Numbered from the stretch's first letter, positions 9,667 to 20,300 are shown. The stretch: 64,000 nucleotides of DNA from an uncultured cyanobacterium (GCA_963710605.1 CAVQBA010000006.1:882440-946439); one strand, 5' to 3'. The notes: generated by a model not told the origin, from the letters alone. Translations and numbers: made by a program.

Positions 9667-11370
9667 TCAATTACTTTCCGTTATTCCGTGACTTTTACCT
9701 AATACCCAATGACGACGGAAATAACGATATAAAGAAGATTCTTCTAAAGATAAATAAATTGGTCTGCCATGAGGGCAAGTATGAGGATTTTTAGTTATTT
9801 TCCATTGATTAATAATATCTTCCATTTGCGATCGAGTCAAAGTAGTTCCATTCCTGACAGCCGTACGACAAGCGAGCGAAGTTTGAGCGGCATCCAAATC
9901 ACATCCCCAACTTAATTCTAGTATTGCATCGATCGTGTCTTCTCTCGTTAATAATATTTGCGGAATACTTCTAATTGCCCATAAGTCTTCACCGAAACTA
10001 TCTATTTCTAAACCGATATTGACTAATTGTTCGATTTGTTTTGGTTTTAATTTTGGTAAAATAATTGGTTGTTCTAATGGTACTATTTCCCATTGTTGTT
10101 TTAGTTGTTCATATAATACTCTTTCATGAGCAATATGTTGTTCGACTAACCAAATTCCTTGACTATGTTCGGTGATGATGTAAGTATTTCTTGATTGACC
10201 AATTATCTTCAAATCGATAAAGCCAACTGTTTCTTCCTCAGAGTTATTATCAGTTTTTTGTGTATTGTAATTATTAGATGAAATGCCAGTATTATAACTA
10301 GCTTTTGGTTCAGCCACTTTAAAATACTTCTCTACTTTTTGATTAATAAACCCTGTATTTATATTGTTATTAGTTAATCTAAAAATATCACTGATACCTT
10401 GTTTTATTGCATCTTGCCAAAAATCAGTTTTATCGATGTAAATTTCTGTTTTCGCAGGGTGACGATTCCAATCAATATATTGAGGCGAAATTTGTAAATT
10501 GATGGTAGCGACGGGAAAACGATTGCGGTTAAGGCTACGGTGAAAACTACTATAAATAGCCGATTCTAACTCAGGGCATTTAACGATTCTGCCATTCACG
10601 CCTATTTTAACCCAGTCTGGTCGAGGACGAGAAAGACGATCGGGTAAACCGACGACTAATTTAAGTAAAGATGATTCGTCTTGTTGATCTAAATCAATTT
10701 TTTTGTCTAATGATTTAAGATCATTGTATTCGATCGTTTTCACTAATTGAGGTAAAATCTTTTGTGTTGAAGTGCTACCACTAATTTGTAAAATCGATCG
10801 TTGATTTACCCACAACTGCCAAGTAACGTGAGGATGACATAAAGCAAATTCACCGATGATGGTTTGTATTTGTTTTAACTGTTGCTTAAAAGGCGGATTA
10901 ATTTGTCTTCTTAAAGGTAGATTCGCAAATAAATTAGATACAGAAATAATTGTGCCAGGAGCGATCGCTTTCGGGTAAAATTTAACTATCTCACAATCTT
11001 CGCAAATAATTTCCCAACCATCATTCTCTACTTCCCGACTACAAATACTAACGGTTGCTAACTGAGCGATACTATTTAAAGCTTCTCCCCGAAAACCAAG
11101 AGTTTTAATTTTCATTAAATCAGCTTGACAATCTATCTTACTTGTACTGTGTGGTTCGATCGTTGCCGACAAATCATCGGGAGAAATACCTTTACCATTA
11201 TCAGCGACTTGTAAACTCCACGATTCAGGATAGATGGAAATAACAATTCTCGTTGCATTAGCATCCAAACTATTTTCAATTAATTCTCTCACCACAGAAG
11301 TAATGGAATCGATGACTTCCCCAGCGGCAATTAGTTTAATTACATTTCGAGGTAATTTTTGAATAACCAT
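9667..11370 (-). CDS. mutL: DNA mismatch repair endonuclease MutL
   Basis: IAAGEVI, RELIENSLDA, TLGFRGEAL, NRHPAKTE, EQHIAHERV, CPHGRP. Confidence 0.97.
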   Translation of the reverse strand: MVIQKLPRNVIKLIAAGEVIDSITSVVRELIENSLDANATRIVISIYPESWSLQVADNGKGISPDDLSATIEPHSTSKIDCQADLMKIKTLGFRGEALNSIAQLATVSICSREVENDGWEIICEDCEIVKFYPKAIAPGTIISVSNLFANLPLRRQINPPFKQQLKQIQTIIGEFALCHPHVTWQLWVNQRSILQISGSTSTQKILPQLVKTIEYNDLKSLDKKIDLDQQDESSLLKLVVGLPDRLSRPRPDWVKIGVNGRIVKCPELESAIYSSFHRSLNRNRFPVATINLQISPQYIDWNRHPAKTEIYIDKTDFWQDAIKQGISDIFRLTNNNINTGFINQKVEKYFKVAEPKASYNTGISSNNYNTQKTDNNSEEETVGFIDLKIIGQSRNTYIITEHSQGIWLVEQHIAHERVLYEQLKQQWEIVPLEQPIILPKLKPKQIEQLVNIGLEIDSFGEDLWAIRSIPQILLTREDTIDAILELSWGCDLDAAQTSLACRTAVRNGTTLTRSQMEDIINQWKITKNPHTCPHGRPIYLSLEESSLYRYFRRHWVLGKSHGITESN

Positions 11371-11530
11371 AGATGATAATTAATAATGAAAATAATTAAT
11401 AATTAATAATACTTCGGCTTTCGCAGAAGTTGAGCGTTGTCGAAACTCAGTATAAATGAATAGTTGATAATGAATAATGAAGATTTATTAGTACGTTGAT
11501 ATTGTAGCAAAAGAATCGATCGAGGCGAAT

Positions 11531-11558
11531 TATTGGTAATGAATTTTAATACAGTAGC
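11531..11558 (+). repeat. 28-bp perfect direct repeat, copy 1
   Basis: TATTGGTAATGAATTTTAATACAGTAGC, identical to 13235-13262. Confidence 0.9.
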
Positions 11559-11756
11559 GATTGAAAAAAGCCTTTTCTATTATCGAATAATTAAGGTACA
11601 AAACCCCGCCTTAACAATGAGTAATAAATATTAATTGCGGCGTTGTTCACTCTTACCACTCTTCATTGTTCATTGTTGAAAGGGTGCATAAACAGTAGAA
11701 TAGTTGTCGGATTACAACAATTATGTATTATTTTAAACCTCGATCGTAACAAGATA

Positions 11757-11912
11757 TTAGCCGATATTACTAGCAATATCATAAGCTATTACTATGAGTG
11801 AAAAGGTTTGTCCTACTTCTGCTTTTACTTCATCACTAACGGTAATGGTGATAGTATGATTACCAATATTGTTAATAGTAAGTGTCCAACGTAAACGACC
11901 ATTAAACTCATA
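11757..11912 (-). pseudogene. Startless fragment resembling a putative Ig/cadherin-like repeat
   Basis: Translation YEFNGRLRWTLTINNIGNHTITITVSDEVKAEVGQTFSLIV resembles putative-Ig repeats of large surface/RHS proteins. Confidence 0.5.
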
Positions 11913-11977
11913 ATATATTTAGTTATGTTTTGCTATAATTACTAAGATCAATAATCATAAAAATAGCTTGATTTTCA

Positions 11978-12907
11978 ATGAGTCAATTTCCTCATGATGA
12001 CTTTGTTAAAGAATATTTACCTGAATTAATATCTGATTACGGAGTAGTTACTTCAGGAAAGAAAATAGCTTCTCAAACCAAAGAAATAGATGTGTTTTTT
12101 CAACCCCATAAACAAGTGTTAACTGAATCTAATAACTTAGGCTTACTGGGAAAATTGTTAGATACAACCTGCTTGTTAGAAGTTTATCGAAATTCAGTTT
12201 ATACTCATCAAATAATCGAATGTGTAGGGAAGTTAGCAGATGTACAAACTTCTATCTCCAGAGAAAATAAAAAGAGCAAAGATAAAAAGAAGAATGAAGA
12301 GCAGGTAAATTTATGGATTTTAACTCCGACTTTATCAAATAAAATATTGAACTCTTTTTCAGCAAAAAGAAAAGAGGATTGGGAGGAGGGAATTTATTTT
12401 TTACCATCTGCTTTATCGACAGGAATAATAGTTGTACATCAGTTACCAGTCAACTCTAAAACTCTCTGGTTGAGAATGTTAGGAAAGGGTAAAGTACAGG
12501 AAAAAGCCATAGAGGAATTAAATGCACTACCAAAGGATAATCAATACAGAGACAGTGTTTTAGAGTTGGTCAGTAATTTATTTACAATGCTACAATTGAA
12601 TCAAGAAAAAAGGGAAGAATTGACCAAAGAGGATCAAGAATTAATTATGAAACTGTCACCAATTTATACTGCTAGATTAAATGAGGTAAAACAAGAAGGT
12701 ATTCGACAAGGAGTCGAGCAAGGTATTCAACAAAATGTTATTCGCCTTTTAAAAAGAAAGCTAGGTGAGTTATCTCCTAATCTAGAAACAAGAGTAATGA
12801 GTTTACAAATCAATGTTTTAGAAGATTTAAGTCTTGCTTTATTAGATTTTAACTCGATCGATGACCTCATTAATTGGTTAAATGAAAACAACAAAGAATT
12901 AAAATAA
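11978..12907 (+). CDS. Cyanobacterial Rpn-like / DUF4351 domain protein
   Basis: HDDFVKEYL, EIDVFF, TLWLRMLGKG, QEGIRQGVEQG repeats, and C-terminal LEDLSLALLDFNSIDDLINWL. Confidence 0.82.
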   Translation: MSQFPHDDFVKEYLPELISDYGVVTSGKKIASQTKEIDVFFQPHKQVLTESNNLGLLGKLLDTTCLLEVYRNSVYTHQIIECVGKLADVQTSISRENKKSKDKKKNEEQVNLWILTPTLSNKILNSFSAKRKEDWEEGIYFLPSALSTGIIVVHQLPVNSKTLWLRMLGKGKVQEKAIEELNALPKDNQYRDSVLELVSNLFTMLQLNQEKREELTKEDQELIMKLSPIYTARLNEVKQEGIRQGVEQGIQQNVIRLLKRKLGELSPNLETRVMSLQINVLEDLSLALLDFNSIDDLINWLNENNKELK

Positions 12908-12964
12908 AAGAGCGATCAGCAATCATTAAAATTATAGCTATAAATAGTATTATCAGTAATCGAA

Positions 12965-13225
12965 TTATGCACTGAGAATTAATTGATTATCTTTTACTTC
13001 TATAGATTTTAGTTTTTTTATAATTTCGACTGTTTTAAAATCACTAATATAATTAGCTACCTTGTCATATTTTTCTAATGTAAGCTCTTCAAGTTGAATT
13101 GGTAATCCAGAATCACTATTTTTTCCTACATTAAATGAAGAACATAATGAGGAATCGACAATCCAAATAAACGTGTATAAAAGACTTTTCATAAACAAAA
13201 AGTAGTTCTTTGTTGCTGTAATCAT
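12965..13225 (-). CDS. Small hypothetical ORF or gene fragment
   Basis: 86-aa ATG-initiated ORF with no recognised motif. Confidence 0.3.
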   Translation of the reverse strand: MITATKNYFLFMKSLLYTFIWIVDSSLCSSFNVGKNSDSGLPIQLEELTLEKYDKVANYISDFKTVEIIKKLKSIEVKDNQLILSA

Positions 13226-13234
13226 TTTAATTAA

Positions 13235-13262
13235 TATTGGTAATGAATTTTAATACAGTAGC
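13235..13262 (+). repeat. 28-bp perfect direct repeat, copy 2
   Basis: Identical to 11531-11558. Confidence 0.9.
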
Positions 13263-13540
13263 TTTTCTCGAATTTATTAGTACAATTACGTTATTCTTAT
13301 GTAATTTCAAATTCTTGAACATAGGCTTTATTTATAGCTACGACTATACTTGCAGAAAAAAGAGCTTTCTATATCACTAAAAACCTAAGTTGGAAACCAA
13401 AGTCTCCTCATTACTCATTACTCATAAAAGAGTGTATTAGTAGTAGAACATTTGTCTGTTTTGCTATAATAATTATGTATTGCTTATGGTATTTTAATCA
13501 ATAGCCTTAATAGCTAACAGCTTAAAACTTAGAAATATAC

Positions 13541-14644
13541 ATGAAAATTGCTGTTATTGCACACTCGCATTTTCCTATCACTCAACCTTTCGTTGGCGGT
13601 TTAGAAGCACATACTTGGTCAATGACAAAATCACTACAAGAGCAAGGGCATGATGTTACTTTATTTGCGGCACAGGGGAGCGATTCAACACTACCTTTAG
13701 AAGAGTTTTGTCAACCAACTAGTACAGAAATTTACCAGCCGATCGAAGAAATTGTCCAATATCGTGAGCAAACTTATCACAATTTGATGATTCGGTTACA
13801 AAACAGTAATTTTGATATTGTTCATAACAATAGTTTGCACTATATTCCCTTATCTAAAGTGGCATCTTTACCAATACCGATGGTGACAGTATTGCATACT
13901 CCTCCCTTTATCACGATGATTGATGGTTTAAAAAAAGCCGTAGATAGTCACAATCACCATCTTATTTCTATCTCAAACTGTATCACCAAAGACTGGCAAC
14001 AGCAGATTAATCAGATCAACCCAGCTCTAATTTACAATGGGATTAACACAAATGTCTGGCTACCCAACAGTGCCTATCAAAAAGATGGCTATGCTGTTTT
14101 ATCAGGGCGTATTTGTCCTGATAAAGGTACTCATTTAGCGATCGAAGCCGCCCGTATTGCGAATATCCCGTTAAAAATTTGTGGTAGTATTTTCGATCGA
14201 AACTATTTTGAAAATTATATTAAGCCGAATTTATCAAACGAAATTGAATATCTGGGTAATCTAGAAACAGCATCTTTAAGAAAAATTCTCGCAGGTGCGG
14301 ATGTCGCATTGTGTACTCCTTGTTGGAACGAGCCTTTTGGATTAGTCGTTGCTGAGGCATTAGCTTGTGGTACACCAATCGCCGGTTTTCGTTGCGGTGC
14401 ATTACCAGAAATTATCACGCCTGAAACTGGTGTTTTAGTAGAAAAAGATCCAATTCTCTTAGCAGATGCAATTTCAATTGCCGTACGACTTAATGCAGTG
14501 AAATGTCGTCAACACGCTGTTAAAAATTTTAGTTTGGATGTAATGATTAATAACTATATTCAATTCTATACCAGCGTCATTGACGATTATCAGACAAAGA
14601 AGGAAAATTCACCGAGTTTATTAGATAAAACTTTAGAGAAATGA
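13541..14644 (+). CDS. Glycosyltransferase family 4 (GT-B)
   Basis: PFVGGLEAHT, GRICPDKG, EPFGLVVAEALACGTP. Confidence 0.93.
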   Translation: MKIAVIAHSHFPITQPFVGGLEAHTWSMTKSLQEQGHDVTLFAAQGSDSTLPLEEFCQPTSTEIYQPIEEIVQYREQTYHNLMIRLQNSNFDIVHNNSLHYIPLSKVASLPIPMVTVLHTPPFITMIDGLKKAVDSHNHHLISISNCITKDWQQQINQINPALIYNGINTNVWLPNSAYQKDGYAVLSGRICPDKGTHLAIEAARIANIPLKICGSIFDRNYFENYIKPNLSNEIEYLGNLETASLRKILAGADVALCTPCWNEPFGLVVAEALACGTPIAGFRCGALPEIITPETGVLVEKDPILLADAISIAVRLNAVKCRQHAVKNFSLDVMINNYIQFYTSVIDDYQTKKENSPSLLDKTLEK

Positions 14645-15708
14645 GTATCTTATACTTTATCAATACAGATGGTGCGGGGCATAGCAAACGTGCGGTTACA
14701 ATTGCACGTCACTTAAAAATTCCCTGCCATTTCGTAACCGAAAAACCTCAGCAACTACGAAGTATTTTTACAGATGCGGTATTAAAAGGTTTACCTCATA
14801 CAATTCATTTTATTCCAACATTACGTACAGAAGATCATGGTTTGAAATTAGCAACAGATGTTTTACATATTCCTTTTGCTAAAGATGGATTGTATTTAGC
14901 TCGTAATAAAGCCATAATTGATATTTGTGCTAGATATAAAGTGAAATTTGCCGTTATTGATGTCTGTGTTGAAATCGCTATGCTAATGCGTCTTTGTGGG
15001 ATTCCTTATATATACATGGCAATGCACGGTGAACGATCGGATTTAGCTCATACTCAAGCCTTTAAAGCCGCCGATCGACTTTTAGGAAGCTATCCAGAGC
15101 AATTAGAAAACCGAGAAACACCAGATTGGGTGAAAGCAAAAACTATTTATGTTGATGGTATTGCTAATGTAGAAGATTTTGATGAAACTAGTACAAAAAA
15201 ACCTCAATATTTTCCCGAAAATAAATTTATTATCCTACTGATTAAACCAAAAGGAAAGAGTAGTCTGTCTGTTGATTATATTAAAAAGTTTTCTGAGGAG
15301 ATTGATGATTATTATTGGTATGGTATTGGTTTTGAGCGAGAAGATTCTGGTAAGAATTATACAGTTGAAACCTTTGTTGATGATTCATTACCTTATATTC
15401 GATCGGCTGATATTATTGTGGCTAATACGGGCAACAATTCAGTATTAGAAGCAGGATATTTTGATAAACCGTTAATCACAAAACCTGAAAGACGTTTTTT
15501 TAACGAACATGAAATGAAGGCTAAAGCTTTATCTGAAAAAAATCTGGCGATTACAATTCAAGAATTACCAACACATACTAGTCAATGGCGATCGCTTTTG
15601 CAACAAGTAAAATCCTTAAATTCTTGGAATGGTATGGTCAAAAAATACTCTACCTTCTCTGCGGCACAAGCGATCGAGCAACGGTATCAAGTAATAGGTA
15701 ATAGGTAA
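14641..15708 (+). CDS. GT-B glycosyltransferase (GT28-C/MurG-like)
   Basis: GAGHSKRA, DVCVE, ADIIVANTGNNSVLE, PERRFFNEH. ATGA overlap with the upstream gene. Confidence 0.8.
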   Translation: MSILYFINTDGAGHSKRAVTIARHLKIPCHFVTEKPQQLRSIFTDAVLKGLPHTIHFIPTLRTEDHGLKLATDVLHIPFAKDGLYLARNKAIIDICARYKVKFAVIDVCVEIAMLMRLCGIPYIYMAMHGERSDLAHTQAFKAADRLLGSYPEQLENRETPDWVKAKTIYVDGIANVEDFDETSTKKPQYFPENKFIILLIKPKGKSSLSVDYIKKFSEEIDDYYWYGIGFEREDSGKNYTVETFVDDSLPYIRSADIIVANTGNNSVLEAGYFDKPLITKPERRFFNEHEMKAKALSEKNLAITIQELPTHTSQWRSLLQQVKSLNSWNGMVKKYSTFSAAQAIEQRYQVIGNR

Positions 15709-15736
15709 TAGGTAATAGGTAATAGGTAATAGGTAA
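15691..15736 (+). repeat. Heptamer tandem repeat (GTAATAG)n, STRR-like
   Basis: About 6.5 perfect units. The repeat supplies the stop codon of the upstream gene. Confidence 0.9.
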
Positions 15737-15860
15737 AATTCAAATTGGGCTAGTTATATTAAGGCAAGGATGAACACTTATAAATAGGTTTGTAGTGATG
15801 AGTTTAGTCATCATAAATTGTCAATATTTTATTATAAGTAATAAAACAAACCTGATATTA

Positions 15861-16733
15861 TTAGTAACGGCGTAACGTTTTTGCTTGAGCTATTTCGGTT
15901 TTAGTCGGTATTTTTAAAATTTCTATAGTTTGAGAATCTGATATCCATTTAATGTAACTTGCTTCCACAAAAAGTTGTAACCATTTTTCCATCGGCCATT
16001 TTCCCCAATATTGTAAAAAAGTAGTGGCGTTGCTGATAATGTCTTGAAAATGTTGTAATGGTGGATTGTAGTTAGGATGATATTGATGAAAAACTGTTGC
16101 CCCTTTCACCCATAATAACGGTACTTTTTGACGTTGTGCTTTAAAGGCAAAATCAGTATCCTCAGCACCATAGCCTTGGTAACTTTCGGTAAAACCACCG
16201 ATCGTTTTCCAAAATACTTTTTTAGCAACCGCAAAATTCAAAGACCAAAATAAAGCATAACATTGCTCTGGCTGAAATAATTTTTCGGTTAAATACTTAC
16301 GCAACGGGTGTGACTCACCATCTGTAATTAAATCATTCTCCTGCCAGCTTTTTTGCCCAAACGCTTGTTTAAATTCAGCCGAAAGATAATAAACTTCACC
16401 CATTAATAGTGCATCGGGGTATTTTTTGTGTGCTGTAATATAATCGCTCACTAATCTATTACAAGGAATGCAATCAACATCTAAAAAGATTAATAATTCT
16501 CCCTTAGCTAAACTTGCACCCTCATTTCGTGCTTGGGCTAAGGGTAATGGGCTTGTCGTCTGAATCACTGTATTGTTATAAGTATATTTAAACCATGCGG
16601 GCTTTGGTAAGACAGTTTCGTTCATATGTACAACAACAACTTCATCGATGTCTGTATTGTTATTAAGCCCTTTAAGTACATTTTCTAAATGATCATATCT
16701 GTTTTTGGTGATAATAATTACAGAGATTTTCAT
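15861..16733 (-). CDS. Glycosyltransferase family 2 (galactosyltransferase-related)
   Basis: ISVIII, LAQARN.GA, FLDVDC, LFWSLNFA, GYGAEDTDF, HQYH. Confidence 0.92.
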   Translation of the reverse strand: MKISVIIITKNRYDHLENVLKGLNNNTDIDEVVVVHMNETVLPKPAWFKYTYNNTVIQTTSPLPLAQARNEGASLAKGELLIFLDVDCIPCNRLVSDYITAHKKYPDALLMGEVYYLSAEFKQAFGQKSWQENDLITDGESHPLRKYLTEKLFQPEQCYALFWSLNFAVAKKVFWKTIGGFTESYQGYGAEDTDFAFKAQRQKVPLLWVKGATVFHQYHPNYNPPLQHFQDIISNATTFLQYWGKWPMEKWLQLFVEASYIKWISDSQTIEILKIPTKTEIAQAKTLRRY

Positions 16734-16851
16734 GTGAGGTAAATACGATGAGTGTTAATCATGATCGTTTAGAGATATCTAATATAGCACTTGAATAACG
16801 ATCGTGATTAATTAATTTTCATCAATCAAAATTTGGACTATTAATTTTTGA

Positions 16852-19308
16852 TTATTCATCATATTTATCTATCTTTAAATCATTAACAGAAGTAACTAAA
16901 TATTCAGCAACATTCATCAAACCATCAGAGGTTTTATTCAGCTGATTACAAATATCGGCCATCGCTGAATCTGCTTGAGCAAAATTTTTGTTATAACTTT
17001 CATTAGCAGTAGTGAGATGATTACTAATTTGGTTATTAGTTTGGATTGATAATTGATTAAATTCACTGATAATTTGTTTGAGCATAGATTCAAAATAATC
17101 ATTCATTTGCCTTGTTTGTCGATCGAATCTATCACTCATCATATCTAAACTATGATCATAACTATTACTCATTTTTTCATAAGCCTGAGTCACTTTTTCT
17201 GCTTGATTAGCAGTAGAATTAGATAACTGTTGTAACTGTTCAAAACGATCGTTTGAATTCATTCCCGTCTTTTCAACTAACTCACTTATTATAGTCGTTG
17301 TTTTTTTGATTTTAGCTAAATTTTGATTTACCTCATCAGTTAATTTAGCCCTAGCGGTTACTTCTTGTTTAAAAGTAGTTTGTAATTGATCAATCACTAA
17401 ACTCAAACCTTCTTTTTGTTTACCTAAAGTTTCGTCTAAAAGATTATTTTGTTCACTAAAAAACTGCGTCAATGAGCTTTGGTATTCTAATCTAAAAGTT
17501 TCTAATTCATCTTGTAAATCAATTCGGGTTTTATCTAAAATATCATCAACATTAAGTAAAGTTTCGAGTAGATTCTCTTTACTTTGATTCATCAATTTTG
17601 AAGCTTGTTTACCGACTTCTTGAATTGTATCTGTTTGTTGCCTGAATGCTTGATTTGCTTTTTCTAAAATACTCTCAGTCGAAGTTTTTACTCCTTCTAA
17701 CATTTGTTTTTGTTGAGTTGCTTGAGTATCTAAAGCTAATTGTAATTGTGTGGTGATGTTATTAAAAGTAGTTTCTGCTTGATTAGCACTTTTTTCAAAA
17801 GCTTCTGACTGGATTGCCATTGCTTTGATGCTTTCGTTTGTTGCTTTGTTAATGCTTTCTCCTTGTTGCTGAAAAGTTTTTTGGGCAGTAGTGAGTGTTT
17901 TACTGGTTGCATTCTCTACACTTACTAACATTTGCTTTTGTTGAGTCGCTTGAGAAGTTAATGCTAGTTGTAAGTCTTCTCTTATTTGACGGAAAGTTGT
18001 TGCGGTTTCATTGACACTATCTTTAAATGCTTCTCGTTGAGTTTGTATTGCTACAACACTATCACTGACTGCTTGTTTCATTTCTACTGATACTGTCGTC
18101 AATACTTGTTTAGTATCTTGATTAAATTGATTGAGATTGCTGGTAATTGTTGTACTAAAATTTTGTAATTTATCAAGAGTATCATTTTGAAATTGGTTAA
18201 TGGTTGTCACTGCATCAGCTAGATTATGACTAATACTTCCTAACTCTTGTTTTAATTCGGTGACGGCGGTTGATGCTTGATTTGTTACTTGAGTCGTCTC
18301 GTCTAGTCTGGCAATTACAGGAGTAAGTAATTCGGTGGTTAGTTGCTTGATTTGTAATTCTAAATTTGATTGTTGAAGCGATTGAATTTTTTTGAGGTTA
18401 GTTAATTCTGTATGGATGGGAGTTAGTAAAGGATTAAAGTAAGAGACAATCGAGGATGGAGTAAGATTAGCTAAATGGTTAGTTTGAGACTTCAACTGTT
18501 GGATAACAAGACTGTCATCAGAATCGATCGTTTTTTGGATACTATGAGCAATATTATCAGGAGTTAGTTGACTAATTGCCGTAAGCGAATTAGTCACAGA
18601 AGATAAATGTTGTGCTACATTTTCCATTGCTATTCCTGCATTAGCTATTGCTGAAGTATCAAAACGAGATAGTAATGTTTGCGGTGATTCCACAAAAGCT
18701 ATTTGACTCAGACTCTTCCTTATCCCATTCCTTTTATCTTGTCTGAGTTTTCTACCTACAGCTAAAACAATCATCATCAAACTAGCACAACCTAAACCCG
18801 CAAGGGAAGTAGAAAAAGCTGTCTTCATTCCTGAAAGCAAAGTCGTGGAAGCTTCTAACAAGTCTTGAGTTTCTTGAATATTACCGATACCTACTTTTTG
18901 TAAACCAAAAAAGATACCAAAAAAAGTACCCAAAATTCCTAAGGCGGTTAATAATGTAGGTGCGAAATAAACTGGACTTCTAGCAACTGCTTTAGTTAAA
19001 ATACTAGGATAAGAAAACAAGACAAAATAATTATTTTCTTTTCGGGGTTGAAATTCGTTACCAATAATTTCTCCATCTAAATGCCTAATTAAATAACTAA
19101 ATAAACCTTGCTGTTTTTGCTCACATACACTTGCTTGAATAACTTTACTTTGCTGATTTTGCTCAAGAAAATTAGTTAATTCTAATCCTAATTTACAATC
19201 TTTTTGTCGATAATTAACGATCGCTATAATTTCAATAATTAATAAAATAATAGCCACTAATAAAATTATCCAAGGATTACCAATTAAAAAAGTTATCAAG
19301 TCAAGCAT
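16852..19308 (-). CDS. ZorA-like protein: MotA/TolQ/ExbB-type membrane domain plus a ~630-aa helical tail
   Basis: Three TM segments including APTLLTALGILGTFFGIFFGL and LLSGMKTAFSTSLAG, followed by a long Q/T/S/E-rich coiled-coil with an internal duplication (two LQLAL..QATQQKQML units). Confidence 0.75.
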   Translation of the reverse strand: MLDLITFLIGNPWIILLVAIILLIIEIIAIVNYRQKDCKLGLELTNFLEQNQQSKVIQASVCEQKQQGLFSYLIRHLDGEIIGNEFQPRKENNYFVLFSYPSILTKAVARSPVYFAPTLLTALGILGTFFGIFFGLQKVGIGNIQETQDLLEASTTLLSGMKTAFSTSLAGLGCASLMMIVLAVGRKLRQDKRNGIRKSLSQIAFVESPQTLLSRFDTSAIANAGIAMENVAQHLSSVTNSLTAISQLTPDNIAHSIQKTIDSDDSLVIQQLKSQTNHLANLTPSSIVSYFNPLLTPIHTELTNLKKIQSLQQSNLELQIKQLTTELLTPVIARLDETTQVTNQASTAVTELKQELGSISHNLADAVTTINQFQNDTLDKLQNFSTTITSNLNQFNQDTKQVLTTVSVEMKQAVSDSVVAIQTQREAFKDSVNETATTFRQIREDLQLALTSQATQQKQMLVSVENATSKTLTTAQKTFQQQGESINKATNESIKAMAIQSEAFEKSANQAETTFNNITTQLQLALDTQATQQKQMLEGVKTSTESILEKANQAFRQQTDTIQEVGKQASKLMNQSKENLLETLLNVDDILDKTRIDLQDELETFRLEYQSSLTQFFSEQNNLLDETLGKQKEGLSLVIDQLQTTFKQEVTARAKLTDEVNQNLAKIKKTTTIISELVEKTGMNSNDRFEQLQQLSNSTANQAEKVTQAYEKMSNSYDHSLDMMSDRFDRQTRQMNDYFESMLKQIISEFNQLSIQTNNQISNHLTTANESYNKNFAQADSAMADICNQLNKTSDGLMNVAEYLVTSVNDLKIDKYDE

Positions 19309-19465
19309 AAGGCAATAATAGTTAACAGTTAATAGTTAACAGTTAATAGTTAATAAATTTATTCACCAATTAATTACAAGGCTAACCCTTATCAATCAAA
19401 CATTTTAATTTTAGGGGTGTAAGGCTTACACCCTTTGTATTTCCTGTTGATTATCAATACTATAG

Positions 19466-20062
19466 TTAAGAATAAAGCTTGGCAATTTCGTCCAAATTTC
19501 TGACTTTAATACCATCACCTTGGGCGGATACTTCCCAATCATCACCAGCACGATAAATTTCTGCCATAATCATCCCTGTTTGACTTTGATAACTACCACT
19601 AGAAAGTGTATAACGAGCAATTTCTTTATTTGTGGTTACGTTAACTAACCTAACAAAAGCATTCGTTACTTGAGAAAAATCTTGCTTCCTCCCAACCGCA
19701 TCATAAATATTAACCACAAAAACAAGTTTGTGAATATTACTCGGAATCATCGGTAAACTAACCATAATTTGTTCATCATCACCTTGCCCTTTTCCTGTCA
19801 AATTATCACCCATATGGCTAATAGCAGAAGAAGGATGACGTAGATTACCAAAATAAACTAAATCTTGTGCTGAGGTAATTTTGTCTCGGCTATTTAAACA
19901 CAAAACCGAAGCATCCAAATCAAAATCACTAGTGAATAAACCACCTAAAAAACCACCTTTTTTTTGAGCCGTATCCCAACCTAAACCACACATTAATTGC
20001 TCTAATTTAGGGGCTTCTTTTTTTAAAGAAATTTTTTGTCCTTTTTGTAAGTTAATTGTCAT
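19466..20062 (-). CDS. TerD/TerZ family stress-response protein
   Basis: INLQKGQ, GLGWD, DLDAS, GDNLTGKGQGDDE, NAFVRLV. Confidence 0.93.
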   Translation of the reverse strand: MTINLQKGQKISLKKEAPKLEQLMCGLGWDTAQKKGGFLGGLFTSDFDLDASVLCLNSRDKITSAQDLVYFGNLRHPSSAISHMGDNLTGKGQGDDEQIMVSLPMIPSNIHKLVFVVNIYDAVGRKQDFSQVTNAFVRLVNVTTNKEIARYTLSSGSYQSQTGMIMAEIYRAGDDWEVSAQGDGIKVRNLDEIAKLYS

Positions 20063-20238
20063 AATAATTTTAATTACTTTGTTAAGTGAACAATAGTTGT
20101 AATTGGCAATCGATAAATAAACTAAAAAAACAACTTTTTTTATTTGTATTTATAGTTTAAAAGTTAAGAAAATAGAGAAAAGTAAATAATGAATAAAGTG
20201 CCGAATATAATTGTTGATATTCTTAATTCTCAATTCTC

Positions 20239-20288
20239 GTCTTGGTGGACATTCCCTTGCGTCTGTCGCCGACGCGGGCTTCCACCGC
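20239..20288. mobile_element. 50-nt GC-rich structured insertion element, copy 1
   Basis: Removing 20239-20288 restores a continuous (AATTCTC)n array. Homologous to 59433-59482. Confidence 0.8.
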
Positions 20289-20300
20289 AATTCTCAATTC

